From Candidatus Spechtbacteria bacterium (GTDB taxonomy: Bacteria; Patescibacteriota; Minisyncoccia; Spechtbacterales; JACPHP01), in NCBI GenBank assembly GCA_016188605.1, contig JACPHP010000016.1, positions 1 to 60,070 on the forward strand: 60,070 nt of DNA, given 5' to 3'. The translations under genes and the position numbers were made by a program. Shown piece after piece: positions 7,859 to 17,522 of the stretch. The notes under the pieces are model-generated. The model was not told the DNA's origin and did no database searches. It worked only from the letters and a program-made list of their open reading frames with translations. Position 1 is the stretch's first letter. Every line of letters starts with the position of its first letter.

Positions 7859-8644
7859 ATGGGAAAAGTTATAACCCTTTGCAACCAGAAAGGAGGAACG
7901 GGAAAAACCACTACCGCGGTTAATCTTGGCGTGTATCTTGCCGCCAAGGGCAAGCGCACGCTTCTTATTGATCTTGATCCGCAAGCTAATGCGACATCCG
8001 CGCTCTCGCTTCAGCCGCATCGTATCAGCCCAAACCTTTATCATAGTCTTGTTGGTGGAGTTCTCCCCGAGGACATTGTCCGCGAAACGGGTATTTTTGG
8101 ATATCACGTATTTCCATCATCACCGGACCTTGCGGGTGCGTCTGTTGAACTAGTAACGCAAAAAAATAGAGAGTTTCGCCTATATGACATTGTCTCTCGC
8201 TTGCGCAATGTTTATGATTTTATTCTTATTGATTGCCCGCCGAGCCTTGGGCTCCTTACGTTAAATGGGCTGGTAGCCGCCGACGAGGTAATAATTCCAG
8301 TGCAATGTGAATATTATGCGATGGAAGGGCTAGGGCAGATTCTTGAAACAGTTGATTTAATACGAGATAATTTACAAAGAGACGTAAAAGTTATGGGCGC
8401 GTTGCTTACAATGTATGACAAACGTAATCGTCTTGCGCGTTACATTACCAAAGAGTTGCGTAGAAATTTCCCCGGATATGTTTTTGACGCAGTTATTCCG
8501 CGCAATGTTAGTTTAGCGGAAGCTCCCGGGTATGGTAAAACAATTTTTCAATTTGATCCGGACTCGCAGGGCGCGCGAGCGTATCAACAGTTTGCAGATG
8601 AGGTGATTAAGGTTTCATCCGGAGCGCCGCGGATAATTATTTAA
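7859..8644 (+). CDS. parA: chromosome partitioning ATPase ParA/Soj
   Basis: Deviant Walker A NQKGGTGKTTTAVNL, with typical ParA length and motifs. Confidence 0.95.
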   Translation: MGKVITLCNQKGGTGKTTTAVNLGVYLAAKGKRTLLIDLDPQANATSALSLQPHRISPNLYHSLVGGVLPEDIVRETGIFGYHVFPSSPDLAGASVELVTQKNREFRLYDIVSRLRNVYDFILIDCPPSLGLLTLNGLVAADEVIIPVQCEYYAMEGLGQILETVDLIRDNLQRDVKVMGALLTMYDKRNRLARYITKELRRNFPGYVFDAVIPRNVSLAEAPGYGKTIFQFDPDSQGARAYQQFADEVIKVSSGAPRIII

Positions 8645-8679
8645 TCCTTATATTAATCTTATAAGCTAAATTATATTGT

Positions 8680-8791
8680 CACTTAGTATATATTTTAAAC
8701 GAAGCCGCGTTGAAAATATATACTAAGTGCTCATAATTCTAACATCTCGGCGGCATCTTGCCATGCAAGATTTGCCTCGCTGAGAATTATG
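8680..8791. repeat. two hairpins separating parA from parB; the second is of the CATAATT...AATTATG(GCAT) family
   Basis: cacttagtatatatttt..aaaatatatactaagtg at 8680-8729. Arms at 8732-8761 and 8765-8791 end 4 nt before the parB ATG. Confidence 0.7.
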
Positions 8792-8795
8792 GCAT

Positions 8796-9674
8796 ATGCG
8801 CGGACTAGAGTCACTTATACCTCCTCGTAAACAAACAGAATTTCAAGACGGAAAATCAAAGCAAAGCGTTTTTTTAATAGAAACAGAAAATATTTCTCCC
8901 AATCAATATCAGCCTCGCAAGGAGTTTGATCTAGAGGAATTAAATTCGCTCGCAGATTCAATTCGCAAATACGGTATTCTCCAGCCGTTAATTGTAAACA
9001 AGATTGAGGAAGACGTGCCTTATGGCAGAAAGGTGCGTTATGAGCTTATTGCCGGCGAGCGCAGGTTACGCGCGGCAAAATTGGCGCATCTGCCGCAAGT
9101 GCCTGTTGTTATTCGTAACGCAACTCCAAATGAAAAATTGGAAATTTCTTTGATTGAAAATTTGCAGCGCTACGATCTAAATCCAATCGAAGAAGCTTTA
9201 GCGTACAAGCGTTTGCAGGAGGAGTTTGGGCTTTCACAATTTGATATTGCAGCTAAGGTGGGGAAGAGTAGGCCAAGGATTACTAATACGTTGCGCATAT
9301 TGCGCCTGCCGCAAATTATTCAGGACGCGGTTCGTGACGGCACGATCACTGCGAATTACACGCAGCCAATACTTTCTTTGAAAACATCGGAGGAGCAGAT
9401 AAAGTTTTTTAATGAAATATGCGAAAAGGGCATGTCAGCGAATGATGCTGAAGATCGCGCGCATGAAATTATCAACAAACCATCAGCCAAAGCAATTCTG
9501 CGCGCATATCAAGATCCGGAATTGACAGAACTTACGGAAAGGCTAAAAAAGTTGTTATTTAACGCCAAAAAAGTAGTTGCGCGAGCGGACAAAAACAAAG
9601 CTCATTTAGCTTTAGAATTTACTTCGCGGGATGAAATGGTGGTTTGGATGAAACGTTGGACGAAAACCAGATAA
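8796..9674 (+). CDS. parB: chromosome partitioning protein ParB/Spo0J
   Basis: RGLESLIP, QPRKEFD..L..LA.SI...G.LQPLIV, and LIAGERRLRAAK with an HTH. Confidence 0.95.
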   Translation: MRGLESLIPPRKQTEFQDGKSKQSVFLIETENISPNQYQPRKEFDLEELNSLADSIRKYGILQPLIVNKIEEDVPYGRKVRYELIAGERRLRAAKLAHLPQVPVVIRNATPNEKLEISLIENLQRYDLNPIEEALAYKRLQEEFGLSQFDIAAKVGKSRPRITNTLRILRLPQIIQDAVRDGTITANYTQPILSLKTSEEQIKFFNEICEKGMSANDAEDRAHEIINKPSAKAILRAYQDPELTELTERLKKLLFNAKKVVARADKNKAHLALEFTSRDEMVVWMKRWTKTR

Positions 9675-9690
9675 GTATTTGTAAATCTAC

Positions 9691-9741
9691 GGGCGTAAAA
9701 CAAACTGCGCGGCTATTAGCCGCGCAGTTTGTTTTACGCCC
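9691..9741. terminator. 23-bp-stem bidirectional terminator between convergent parB and rel
   Basis: gggcgtaaaacaaactgcgcggc-tatta-gccgcgcagtttgttttacgccc. The right arm overlaps the last codons of rel. Confidence 0.8.
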
Positions 9742-11905
9742 GTTTGACCTCGCGCACGTCGCGAATTGCTTTAATTTTACTGATGAATCCTCGTAATTCC
9801 TCCAACGAACGCACCTCTATCGTTAGCGATATTGCGGCAACATCATTTTCCGTACGCACGCTCAGCGTGGCAATGTTGATATTTTGGTTAGCAGCAACAG
9901 TGCTGATATCCTGCATCAGTCCTACCCTGTCGTAACAAAAAACTACAAGAGAAACTAAGGCAGCTTTTGCTTGCGAGGCCTTATCCCAGTAAGCAGGGAG
10001 TAACCTGCCGTCCTCCTTAACAGTGCGGACGCTATGACAATTTTTTTTGTGAATGCTTGCGCCAGATCGTACCGTGATATACGCGATTATAGGTTCACCG
10101 GCGATTGGCGTGCAACATTGCGCGACGCGTCCTTTCATGCCTTTCTGGCCAGAGATACGAATAGGGAAAGAATCGTTGCCTTTGTTTTTTTTCTCTAAAG
10201 TTACGGGCTGAATTTTATCAGTAAAAACATCTTTCTCATCAACCAGATAACGGATGACTCTTTGCAAGGAAATCTCGCCTAAGCCAACGCCTATAAGAAT
10301 ATCATCAAGCGTTTTACTCGCAAGATGAGAGAGTAATTCCTCCTTTTTCTCTTTAGGCAGCTTGTCCCAAGATAATTGTTTGTATAGCTCAAGCTCACGG
10401 TTTATTATTTCAAGTCCACGCAAAAGATTTTCATCGCGATTTTTTTTCTTTAGCCACGTGCGAATATGCGAACGCGCCTGGTTTGTTTTAACAAACTCTA
10501 GCCATGCGCGAGAAGGCTCGCGTCCTTTGGCGCGAATAATCTCTATCACATCGCCGCTCTGGAGTTCGTAGTTTAGTGGAACCATTTTGCCATTTACCTG
10601 CGCGCCGCCGCACTCATCTCCGAGAGTGGAGTGAATGGCATAGGCAAAGTCAACCGGAGTTGCTCCTTCTGGCAAATCAAACACATCGCCTCGCGGAGAA
10701 AATACAAAGATTCTGTCTTTGAAAATATCTATTTTGAGATTTTCCATTAGTTCCTCTGACTCCGCGATTTCTTTTTGCCAATCACTGATTTGGCGCACCC
10801 AAGAGAGCTTTGGGTCGTTTGCTTTCGCGCCCTTATTTGGTTTCCCTTTTTCGTTGTATGCCCAGTGCGCGGCGATACCATTTTCCGCGTGTTCGTGCAT
10901 TTCCGGCGTGCGAATCTGAAACTCCGTCGTAACACCGTCCACGCAAAAAACCGTGGTATGCAAGCTTTGGTAGCCGTTTCCTTTTGGTAGGGCAATGTAA
11001 TCCTTAATGCGGCCGGGCAATGGCTTCCATAGTTTATGTATTACGCCGAGCGCGGCGTAACATTCCTCAATCGATTTTACGATGATGCGCGCGGCAACTA
11101 GGTCGTGAATCGCGTCCCAATTGTAATCGTATTTTTGTAATTTTCGCCACAAGCTGTACATGTGCTTTGCGCGCGCATGAACCTCCAGTGGCACGATTTT
11201 TTCTTTTTTTAATTCGCGCAGAAGCATAGGTTTTACGCGATCAAGATACTGTCCGCGCGCGGGATAGCGTTTTTTTACTTCTTCATCAATAAACTTGTAT
11301 TCGTCGGGATAGAGATGGGGAAATGCCAAGTCCTCAAGCTGTTTGGCAATTTCCGCGACACCAAGACGCATGGCAATCGGCGCGTAGATTTCCATTGTTT
11401 CAAGCGCGATGCGGCGGCGTTTTGCTTCTGGCAGCGCCGAAAGTGTTTTCATGTTGTGCAAGCGGTCAGCAAACTTAATCAGCACAACACGAATATCTTC
11501 TGCCATTGCAAGAAGCATTTTGCGCAAGTTTTCTGCGTGTCGTTCAGCCCCGCGATACTTTAATTTTCCCAATTTTGTTACGCCATTCACCAAGAAGCTT
11601 ATTTCTTCGCCGAATTCCTTTTCAAGTTCTTTTTCTGTGATATTGGTGTCTTCAACAACGTCGTGCAGCATAGCCGCGGCAACGGTAGATGGGTCAAGGT
11701 GCATCAGGGCAAGAGTGAGAGCGGCATCAAGCGGATGCACAACGTAGGGCTCGCCGGATTTTCGGAATTGCCCCTCGTGGGCATTTCTTGCCATCACAAA
11801 AGCGCGTTCAATAAGCATTCTATCTTTTTGTTTCTTAAAACAAGATAAAATTCGTTTGAGCGTTTTTTCAATATCCGTTGTTTGTTGTTCTTGCGTAAGG
11901 GTCAT
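9734..11905 (-). CDS. rel: bifunctional (p)ppGpp synthetase/hydrolase RelA/SpoT homologue
   Basis: HD hydrolase (HEGQFRKSGEPYVVHPL..HD), RelA_SpoT synthetase, and TGS and ACT regions. 723 aa. Confidence 0.95.
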   Translation of the reverse strand: MTLTQEQQTTDIEKTLKRILSCFKKQKDRMLIERAFVMARNAHEGQFRKSGEPYVVHPLDAALTLALMHLDPSTVAAAMLHDVVEDTNITEKELEKEFGEEISFLVNGVTKLGKLKYRGAERHAENLRKMLLAMAEDIRVVLIKFADRLHNMKTLSALPEAKRRRIALETMEIYAPIAMRLGVAEIAKQLEDLAFPHLYPDEYKFIDEEVKKRYPARGQYLDRVKPMLLRELKKEKIVPLEVHARAKHMYSLWRKLQKYDYNWDAIHDLVAARIIVKSIEECYAALGVIHKLWKPLPGRIKDYIALPKGNGYQSLHTTVFCVDGVTTEFQIRTPEMHEHAENGIAAHWAYNEKGKPNKGAKANDPKLSWVRQISDWQKEIAESEELMENLKIDIFKDRIFVFSPRGDVFDLPEGATPVDFAYAIHSTLGDECGGAQVNGKMVPLNYELQSGDVIEIIRAKGREPSRAWLEFVKTNQARSHIRTWLKKKNRDENLLRGLEIINRELELYKQLSWDKLPKEKKEELLSHLASKTLDDILIGVGLGEISLQRVIRYLVDEKDVFTDKIQPVTLEKKNKGNDSFPIRISGQKGMKGRVAQCCTPIAGEPIIAYITVRSGASIHKKNCHSVRTVKEDGRLLPAYWDKASQAKAALVSLVVFCYDRVGLMQDISTVAANQNINIATLSVRTENDVAAISLTIEVRSLEELRGFISKIKAIRDVREVKRA

Positions 11906-11978
11906 CGGAGATAAATTATATCATGAAAAATTGTGGGTGTAAAATAATCTTGTATTGCCAAATGGCATGCGCTAAACC

Positions 11979-12030
11979 AGTTGAATTTCACTTAACATAC
12001 ACGGCCGTGTATGTTAAGTGAAATTCAACT
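11979..12030. repeat. 52-nt palindrome, copy 2
   Basis: Identical to 7311-7362 except the centre is catACacggccgtGTatg rather than catCAacggccgtTGatg. The change is symmetric and keeps pairing. Confidence 0.95.
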
Positions 12031-12036
12031 GAAATG

Positions 12037-12315
12037 GAAAAGGGGCATAGCTGTTACGCTGTGCCCCTTGCGATGAGTTGGGCTTTAGACGGCGGTATGG
12101 TGGGTTAGTGTATTGTCGAATAAGTCGCAACCCGCGACCTCATGTCCAGGGATAGGTCGAGGATTACCACAACCCTTGCGGCATTCTTTTTCTCGATTTT
12201 TTTTCGGGCACTTTCCCCTGCGGCCAAGTCGTGGTTGCCGTATCTTCGTGAAAAGTATCCCGACACATGTCATTGGCTTGAGGTTCCAGCTACGCAGGTC
12301 GCTGAATAGCGGCAG
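12037..12315 (-). ncRNA. candidate structured RNA or long leader of unknown class, bounded by two terminators
   Basis: About 245 nt of relatively GC-rich non-coding sequence between the topA terminator and the hairpin aaggggcacagcgtaacagctatgcccctttt (12037-12069). The ORFs there are not protein-like. No known RNA family core was recognised. Confidence 0.3.
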
Positions 12316-12320
12316 ACAAA

Positions 12321-12350
12321 AATTCCGCCACGCGACTGCGTGGCGGAATT
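12321..12350 (-). terminator. rho-independent terminator of topA
   Basis: Minus strand reads aattccgccacg-cagtcg-cgtggcggaatt followed by ttttt. Confidence 0.8.
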
Positions 12351-12352
12351 TC

Positions 12353-14557
12353 CTAATTCTCTTCTTTATAATCACATTCCCTGCTAGAGCACTTAATACC
12401 TTTTTTAGTTTCAACTAGCGCATTACCGCATTTCGGGCAGAGGACTACTTTTGCGTTGCCTGTACTGAGCGTAGTCGAAGTATCACCCCCTCCTTCGATT
12501 TGCGGCTTATCCCACACTGCAAAATCACATTCAGGGTACCTGCTGCAGCCGTAGAATATTTTTCCGCGCTTGGTGCGTATTTCTTTTACAAATCCCGGGT
12601 TGTCTCGCCTTGCTTGATCAGCCAAGCATTTTGGGCATTTAACTTGTGGGAATGAAGATGATGCCTGCTCAAGCGGCGCGGTATATTTGCAATCCGGGAA
12701 ACCGGAGCACGCGTAAAAGCGTCCGAAACGTCCGTTGCGGATAACAAGATTCTTTCCACACTGCGGGCAGATTTTGTCTGTTTCTTCCACTGGCGGCGTA
12801 GCTTTTTTTACTTCTTCGTATTTTTCTTCAAGAAGTTTTTTAAATGGATCATAAAATGTATGCAAAATTTTTACCCAATTTTTTTCACCCGTTGCAACTT
12901 CGTCAAGCTGCTGCTCAACATTGGCAGTAAATTGAATATCTACAATTTGCGGGAAGTGCTCCACGAGCAGGTCCGTAACCGTGATACCAATTTCTGTTGG
13001 CTGAAAACGTTTCTGTTCGTTTTTAGTGATGTAGTTTCTTTCTTGAATCGTAGAAAGCGTTGGCGCGTAAGTGGAAGGGCGGCCGATGCCAAATTCTTCA
13101 AGCGCTTTCACTAAGCTTGCCTCGCTATATCGCGCGGGCGGTTCTGTGAAATGCTGGTCGTCAGCAAGTTTATCCAAGATAAGCGGCTGATCTTTCTTTA
13201 GATCAGGCAACTCGTTTTCCTCTACTTTTACAGGATAGACGCGCAAGAATCCTTCAAATTTCATAATGGAGCCATTGGCGCGGAAGGTGTAAGGTGTGCC
13301 GGTAGCAATTGTCGCCGCGGTTGAATCAAACACTGCTTGCGCCATCTGGCTTGCGATGAATCTTTGCCAAATAAGCGCGTAAAGTTTTCGTTGAGCATCC
13401 TCCATCTTTATTGCTCCCGGTTCGCGGTCGGAATAAGCAGGCTTGCCCGCCATAGCTTCAGCGAAGGCGGGGCGAATTGCCTCGTGCGCTTCCTGCGCGC
13501 CTTTTGATTTTGTTTTAAATAAACGCGGCGCGCCAGCCCAGAATTGTTTGCCGTATTTTGTTTCAATAAAATCTCGCGCGCCAGAAAGAGCGGAATCCGT
13601 GATATTCAGCGAGTCTGTGCGGTGATATGTGATATATCCGCGCTCATACAAATTTTGCGCGAGCATCATGGTGCGCTTTGCAGAAAATCCTAATTTTCTC
13701 GCAGCTTCCTGCTGAAGGGTGCTAGTAGTAAATGGCGGCATGGGATTTCGTTTCGTTTCTTTGCGCGCGATATCCTTCACGCTCCAATCGGCGGATTTGA
13801 GAGAATTTAATATTTCATCCGCATCTTTTTTATTATGTACGTCTAATTTTTCTAAAGGCTTTTCGTCTTTGGCGTAGAGTCTGGCAAGAAAGGTTTCGCG
13901 TAATTCCGCGTCCTTTTCCGCGTTTACTCCGCGCGGTTGAAGCCAGGCTTCAACCGACCAGTATTCTTGCGGTACGAATTTTTCAATTTCGCGTTCACGG
14001 TCAACAACAAGGCGCACGGCCACTGATTGCACGCGGCCGGCGGACAGCCCACGCATAACTTTTTTCCACAAGAAAGGCGAAAGTTTGTATCCGACAAGAC
14101 GGTCAAGAATACGGCGCGCCTGCTGCGCGTCGACAAGATTGTCGTCAATTTTTCTCGGGCTTTCTAGCGCGTGTTCAATCGCGGTTTTGGTAATTTCATG
14201 GAACACGATGCGCTTGTAATCTTTTAGCTTTAATACCTCCGCCAAGTGCCAGGAAATTGCTTCCCCTTCGCGGTCGGCATCGGTAGCTAGTATGACGCTA
14301 TCTACGGCAGCGGCTTTTTTCTTTAATTCCGTAACGCGCTTTTTTGCTTTCATCGGAACAATATATTTTGGCGCAAAGTCGTGCTCGGTATCCACGCCCA
14401 GAGTTGATGTTGGCAAATCACGCACGTGGCCATACGAAGATTCCACGGTGTATTCACTGGGTAAAAATTTGCTAATGGTTTTAGCTTTAGTTGGCGACTC
14501 TACTATAATTAGTTGAGTTTCTTTTGTTGTTTGTGCTGTTTTTTTTATGCGTTGCAT
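12353..14557 (-). CDS. topA: DNA topoisomerase I
   Basis: Toprim LIIVESPTKAKTI, type IA core, and C-terminal CxxC zinc ribbons. 734 aa. Confidence 0.97.
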   Translation of the reverse strand: MQRIKKTAQTTKETQLIIVESPTKAKTISKFLPSEYTVESSYGHVRDLPTSTLGVDTEHDFAPKYIVPMKAKKRVTELKKKAAAVDSVILATDADREGEAISWHLAEVLKLKDYKRIVFHEITKTAIEHALESPRKIDDNLVDAQQARRILDRLVGYKLSPFLWKKVMRGLSAGRVQSVAVRLVVDREREIEKFVPQEYWSVEAWLQPRGVNAEKDAELRETFLARLYAKDEKPLEKLDVHNKKDADEILNSLKSADWSVKDIARKETKRNPMPPFTTSTLQQEAARKLGFSAKRTMMLAQNLYERGYITYHRTDSLNITDSALSGARDFIETKYGKQFWAGAPRLFKTKSKGAQEAHEAIRPAFAEAMAGKPAYSDREPGAIKMEDAQRKLYALIWQRFIASQMAQAVFDSTAATIATGTPYTFRANGSIMKFEGFLRVYPVKVEENELPDLKKDQPLILDKLADDQHFTEPPARYSEASLVKALEEFGIGRPSTYAPTLSTIQERNYITKNEQKRFQPTEIGITVTDLLVEHFPQIVDIQFTANVEQQLDEVATGEKNWVKILHTFYDPFKKLLEEKYEEVKKATPPVEETDKICPQCGKNLVIRNGRFGRFYACSGFPDCKYTAPLEQASSSFPQVKCPKCLADQARRDNPGFVKEIRTKRGKIFYGCSRYPECDFAVWDKPQIEGGGDTSTTLSTGNAKVVLCPKCGNALVETKKGIKCSSRECDYKEEN

Positions 14558-15441
14558 ATATATCGTTCACCTCCCACATCTTTAACATTATTAGCAAGTT
14601 TTAATGAGTTAATGCAAGAAACGACTTGCGAAGGTAATAATGTAGTTAATTCTATAATCTTGTCAATAGAGAGAGGCGTGCCAGTGTCTTGCAGTGTCTT
14701 ATATACTCTTTCTTCTTCGGGTGAAGAGAAGATTGGCTGTTGTTTCGTGCCCGCATGCGCATTTTCTATACCAAGGGCTTGTAGAATATCGCTAGCAGAG
14801 CGCACGCACACAGCTCCTTTTGCAATAAAATCATTTGTTCCTTCCGATTGTTTGGTGTACAGCGGACCCGGCACAGCTCCTACGTCGCGGTTTTGTTCAA
14901 GCGCAAAGCGCGCTGTAATCAGAGCGCCGCTCTCGTATGGCGCTTCTATAACAACTGTCATACGGGCGAGGCCAGCGATGATGCGATTGCGTGCTGGAAA
15001 ATTAGATGGATAAGTCGGGCTGGCTGGCTCGTATTCGCTTACTATTGCGCCGCCATTTTCAAGAATGTTTTTTGCAAGCCGCATATTGGCGCGGGGATAT
15101 ATAGAAGCATCATCTATGCCAGAGCCAAGCACGGCAATGGTTTTGCCATTTTCTTCAAGCGCTGTTTGATGCGCCACCGTGTCTATGCCAAGCGCCATGC
15201 CGCTTGCAATGCCAACGCCGGCGCGTGTCAAATCACGCACAAGATTCATTGTAACTTGTTTTCCGTAAGAAGTGCATTTGCGCGTGCCAACAATTGCAAC
15301 AAATGGAATTGTTTGCGTTGTTGTAATATCACCTCTTATATATAGCGGTGACGGCGGGTCGTGAATTTCTTTTAGTAACGCAGGATAGGTTTCGTCGCTA
15401 TTTGTGATTTGAGAAACTGGAAATTTTTCTTGTTGTGTCAT
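14545..15441 (-). CDS. dprA: DNA-processing protein DprA/Smf
   Basis: GMALGIDTVAHQTALE..TIAVLGSGID..YP..N motif. Conserved dprA-topA pairing with a 13-nt overlap. Confidence 0.93.
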   Translation of the reverse strand: MTQQEKFPVSQITNSDETYPALLKEIHDPPSPLYIRGDITTTQTIPFVAIVGTRKCTSYGKQVTMNLVRDLTRAGVGIASGMALGIDTVAHQTALEENGKTIAVLGSGIDDASIYPRANMRLAKNILENGGAIVSEYEPASPTYPSNFPARNRIIAGLARMTVVIEAPYESGALITARFALEQNRDVGAVPGPLYTKQSEGTNDFIAKGAVCVRSASDILQALGIENAHAGTKQQPIFSSPEEERVYKTLQDTGTPLSIDKIIELTTLLPSQVVSCINSLKLANNVKDVGGERYICNA

Positions 15442-15494
15442 TTGCTTTGCAGTATATCGTAGCCAGAAGAAAAAGGCACGTGTGCATAAAAAAG

Positions 15495-15573
15495 AATACA
15501 GATGCCATAATTACCCAAGAGGGCAAGTTATTCATAACGCAGTCCTCTTGGCTGTAATTATGGCATCTGTATT
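15495..15573. repeat. hairpin with ATGCCATAATT / AATTATGGCAT termini
   Basis: aatacagatgccataattacccaagagg (15495-15522) pairs with cctcttggctgtaattatggcatctgtatt (15544-15573). The right arm supplies the last five codons and the stop of mfd. Confidence 0.8.
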
Positions 15574-17522
15574 TCTGTTCTTATTTTCTCAATCGCGTCC
15601 TGCAGCATTTGGCAATAAAGGTTTAAGCCGATTTTATTGAGCGTGCCGCTCTGGTCGCGGCCAAGCAGGTTGCCGGCGCCGCGCATCTCAAGGTCTTTTA
15701 ATGCTATTTGATAACCGGCGCCTAAGAATTGCAATGTTTCCAAAGTCTCCACGCGTTCTTTGGCCGCGTCGTCCAGAGATTTTTCGGGGTAAAGCAAATA
15801 CGCGTAGGCCTGTACGTCGCCGCGACCGATCCTACCGCGAATTTGGTGCGCCTGCGCTAGGCCGAGCCGCGTGACATCATCAACTATTAGCGTGTTGACG
15901 TTAGAAATATCAAGGCCATTTTCAATAATGGTAGTTGCAACAAGTATATCAATTTTGCCCTTACGGAATTCGTCCATAGTGGCGATGAGCTGGTGGTCGG
16001 GAAGCTTGGCATGGCTCACTTCAACTCTGGCATCTGGAAAGAGCTCGCGGACATCCTGCGCGACTTTGTAAATTGTTTGCACTTTGTTGTGCAGAAAGTA
16101 AATCTGTCCGTTGCGTGCCAGCTCTTCTTCAATAGCTTTTTGCATTATCTTTTTATCCCACGGCGCCGCAATAGTTTTTATTGGCATGCGATTTGGCGGA
16201 GAAGTTTGAATGATGCTGACATCGCGCAGGCCGGAAAGCGTGAATGAAAGCGTGCGGGGAATTGGCGTTGCCGACAGCGAAAGAATATCAATATGCGCGC
16301 GCATTTTTTTCATGTGCTCTTTGTGGCGCACGCCAAATCTTTGCTCCTCATCAACCACAAGCAATCCCAAGTTTTTGAAGCGAACATCTTTGCTCAGTAG
16401 GCGATGCGTGCCGATAACAATATCAATAGCGCCACTGGCCAGGCCCTCAAGAATTTCTTTTTGTTCTTGTTTTGATGTTATTCGAGAAAGCATAGCCACG
16501 CGAATAGGAAATGCGGCAATGCGTTCTTGTAAGGTGCGAAAGTGCTGCCACGCGAGCACAGTCGTTGGCGCAATGAGCGCCGTCTGGCGGCCGGAAAATA
16601 CCGCGCGGGCTATGGCGCGCAAAGCAATCTCGGTTTTGCCAAACCCCACATCGCCGCAAATTAAGCGATCCATAGGATATTCTTTTTCCATATCCAAAAA
16701 TACTTCCTGGATCGCGACTGTTTGATCTCGCGTTTCTTCGTGCGGGAATTGCGAAGCAAAATCTTCTTCCATAGCGCGCTCCGCGCTGTATGGCTCTCGT
16801 GTCGCAAGCTCGCGTTTGGCGTATATTTGCGCTAGTTCTTGCGCGGTTTTAATAATATCATCGCGGGCCTTCTGTTTTGTCTTTTCCCACAGGTTGCCGC
16901 CAAGACGATGAATAGTCGGCGTACCAAAGCCGATGTAGGGTGTTACTTTACGCGCAACTTCAACAGGGACGAGAATTTTGTCGCCAGCGGCATACTCTAG
17001 AATAAGATATTGCCCTTCACGTTTAAGCGCAGTATCGTTTCTATGATTGGCAAAAGGAGGGTCTGACCCTCCTTGGAGGGTCAGACCCTCAATTCCCGCG
17101 AACCGAGCTATTCCGTGATCTTCGTGTACTACAAACATTCCCTCAACAAGCGGCATCTGCGGCAGGGGAGACGCGCGTTTTTCAATTAATTTTTTTAACG
17201 GTTTTTCAAGCTCCTCGTTTTTGATTGAGAATATCGGCGAAATTGTGTCGATGGTATTTCCTTGGAACTCAATGCGCAGCGCCGTGCGCATCGTGAGCGC
17301 AAATACATCAACAATTCCGCCGCGCGCCGCAAAGTCGCCAGGGTTATGTACCGATTGCTCTTTGCGATAGCCAAGATCGTCTAGTTTGCGTAAAAATTCC
17401 GAGAGGGAAATTTTTTGGTTCGGGTATATTTCGAATAGCTGGTAGTTCCACCAAGAACGTTCCGTGCGAGATGAAAGAATATGGTGCCAGTTTTCCTCAA
17501 ACCACAAAACGCCCTTTTCCAA
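15558..17522 (-). CDS. mfd: transcription-repair coupling factor, short form (654 aa)
   Basis: RID (VVHEDHGIARF..ILEYAAGDKILVPV), helicase motifs (GDVGFGKTE, DEEQRFG, QIRGRIGRG) and the TRG region. Most of the UvrB-homology N-terminus and the C-terminal D7 are missing. By my count the first codon of the track ORF (17520-17522) reads TGG, so the start is unresolved. The nearest in-frame TTG is at 17505-17507. Confidence 0.88.
   Translation of the reverse strand: MEKGVLWFEENWHHILSSRTERSWWNYQLFEIYPNQKISLSEFLRKLDDLGYRKEQSVHNPGDFAARGGIVDVFALTMRTALRIEFQGNTIDTISPIFSIKNEELEKPLKKLIEKRASPLPQMPLVEGMFVVHEDHGIARFAGIEGLTLQGGSDPPFANHRNDTALKREGQYLILEYAAGDKILVPVEVARKVTPYIGFGTPTIHRLGGNLWEKTKQKARDDIIKTAQELAQIYAKRELATREPYSAERAMEEDFASQFPHEETRDQTVAIQEVFLDMEKEYPMDRLICGDVGFGKTEIALRAIARAVFSGRQTALIAPTTVLAWQHFRTLQERIAAFPIRVAMLSRITSKQEQKEILEGLASGAIDIVIGTHRLLSKDVRFKNLGLLVVDEEQRFGVRHKEHMKKMRAHIDILSLSATPIPRTLSFTLSGLRDVSIIQTSPPNRMPIKTIAAPWDKKIMQKAIEEELARNGQIYFLHNKVQTIYKVAQDVRELFPDARVEVSHAKLPDHQLIATMDEFRKGKIDILVATTIIENGLDISNVNTLIVDDVTRLGLAQAHQIRGRIGRGDVQAYAYLLYPEKSLDDAAKERVETLETLQFLGAGYQIALKDLEMRGAGNLLGRDQSGTLNKIGLNLYCQMLQDAIEKIRTEIQMP
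17052..17090. repeat. in-frame double palindrome inside mfd
   Basis: aaaaGGAGGGTCTGACCCTCCttGGAGGGTCAGACCCTC. Its first 23 nt are identical to the terminator at 792-814. It encodes EGLTLQGGSDPPF. Confidence 0.9.

Noticed and set aside
12037-12315. Assignment of the topA-rel intergenic region to tmRNA, RNase P RNA, SRP RNA or a T-box
   Set aside because: Partial resemblances exist (GGGGAAAGTGCCC, TTATTCGAC, GTAGCTGG). But the invariant cores (GAGGAAAGUCC, a T-arm plus ACCA, GGAAGCAGC, the T-box 14-mer) are absent, and the length is wrong for tmRNA or RNase P.
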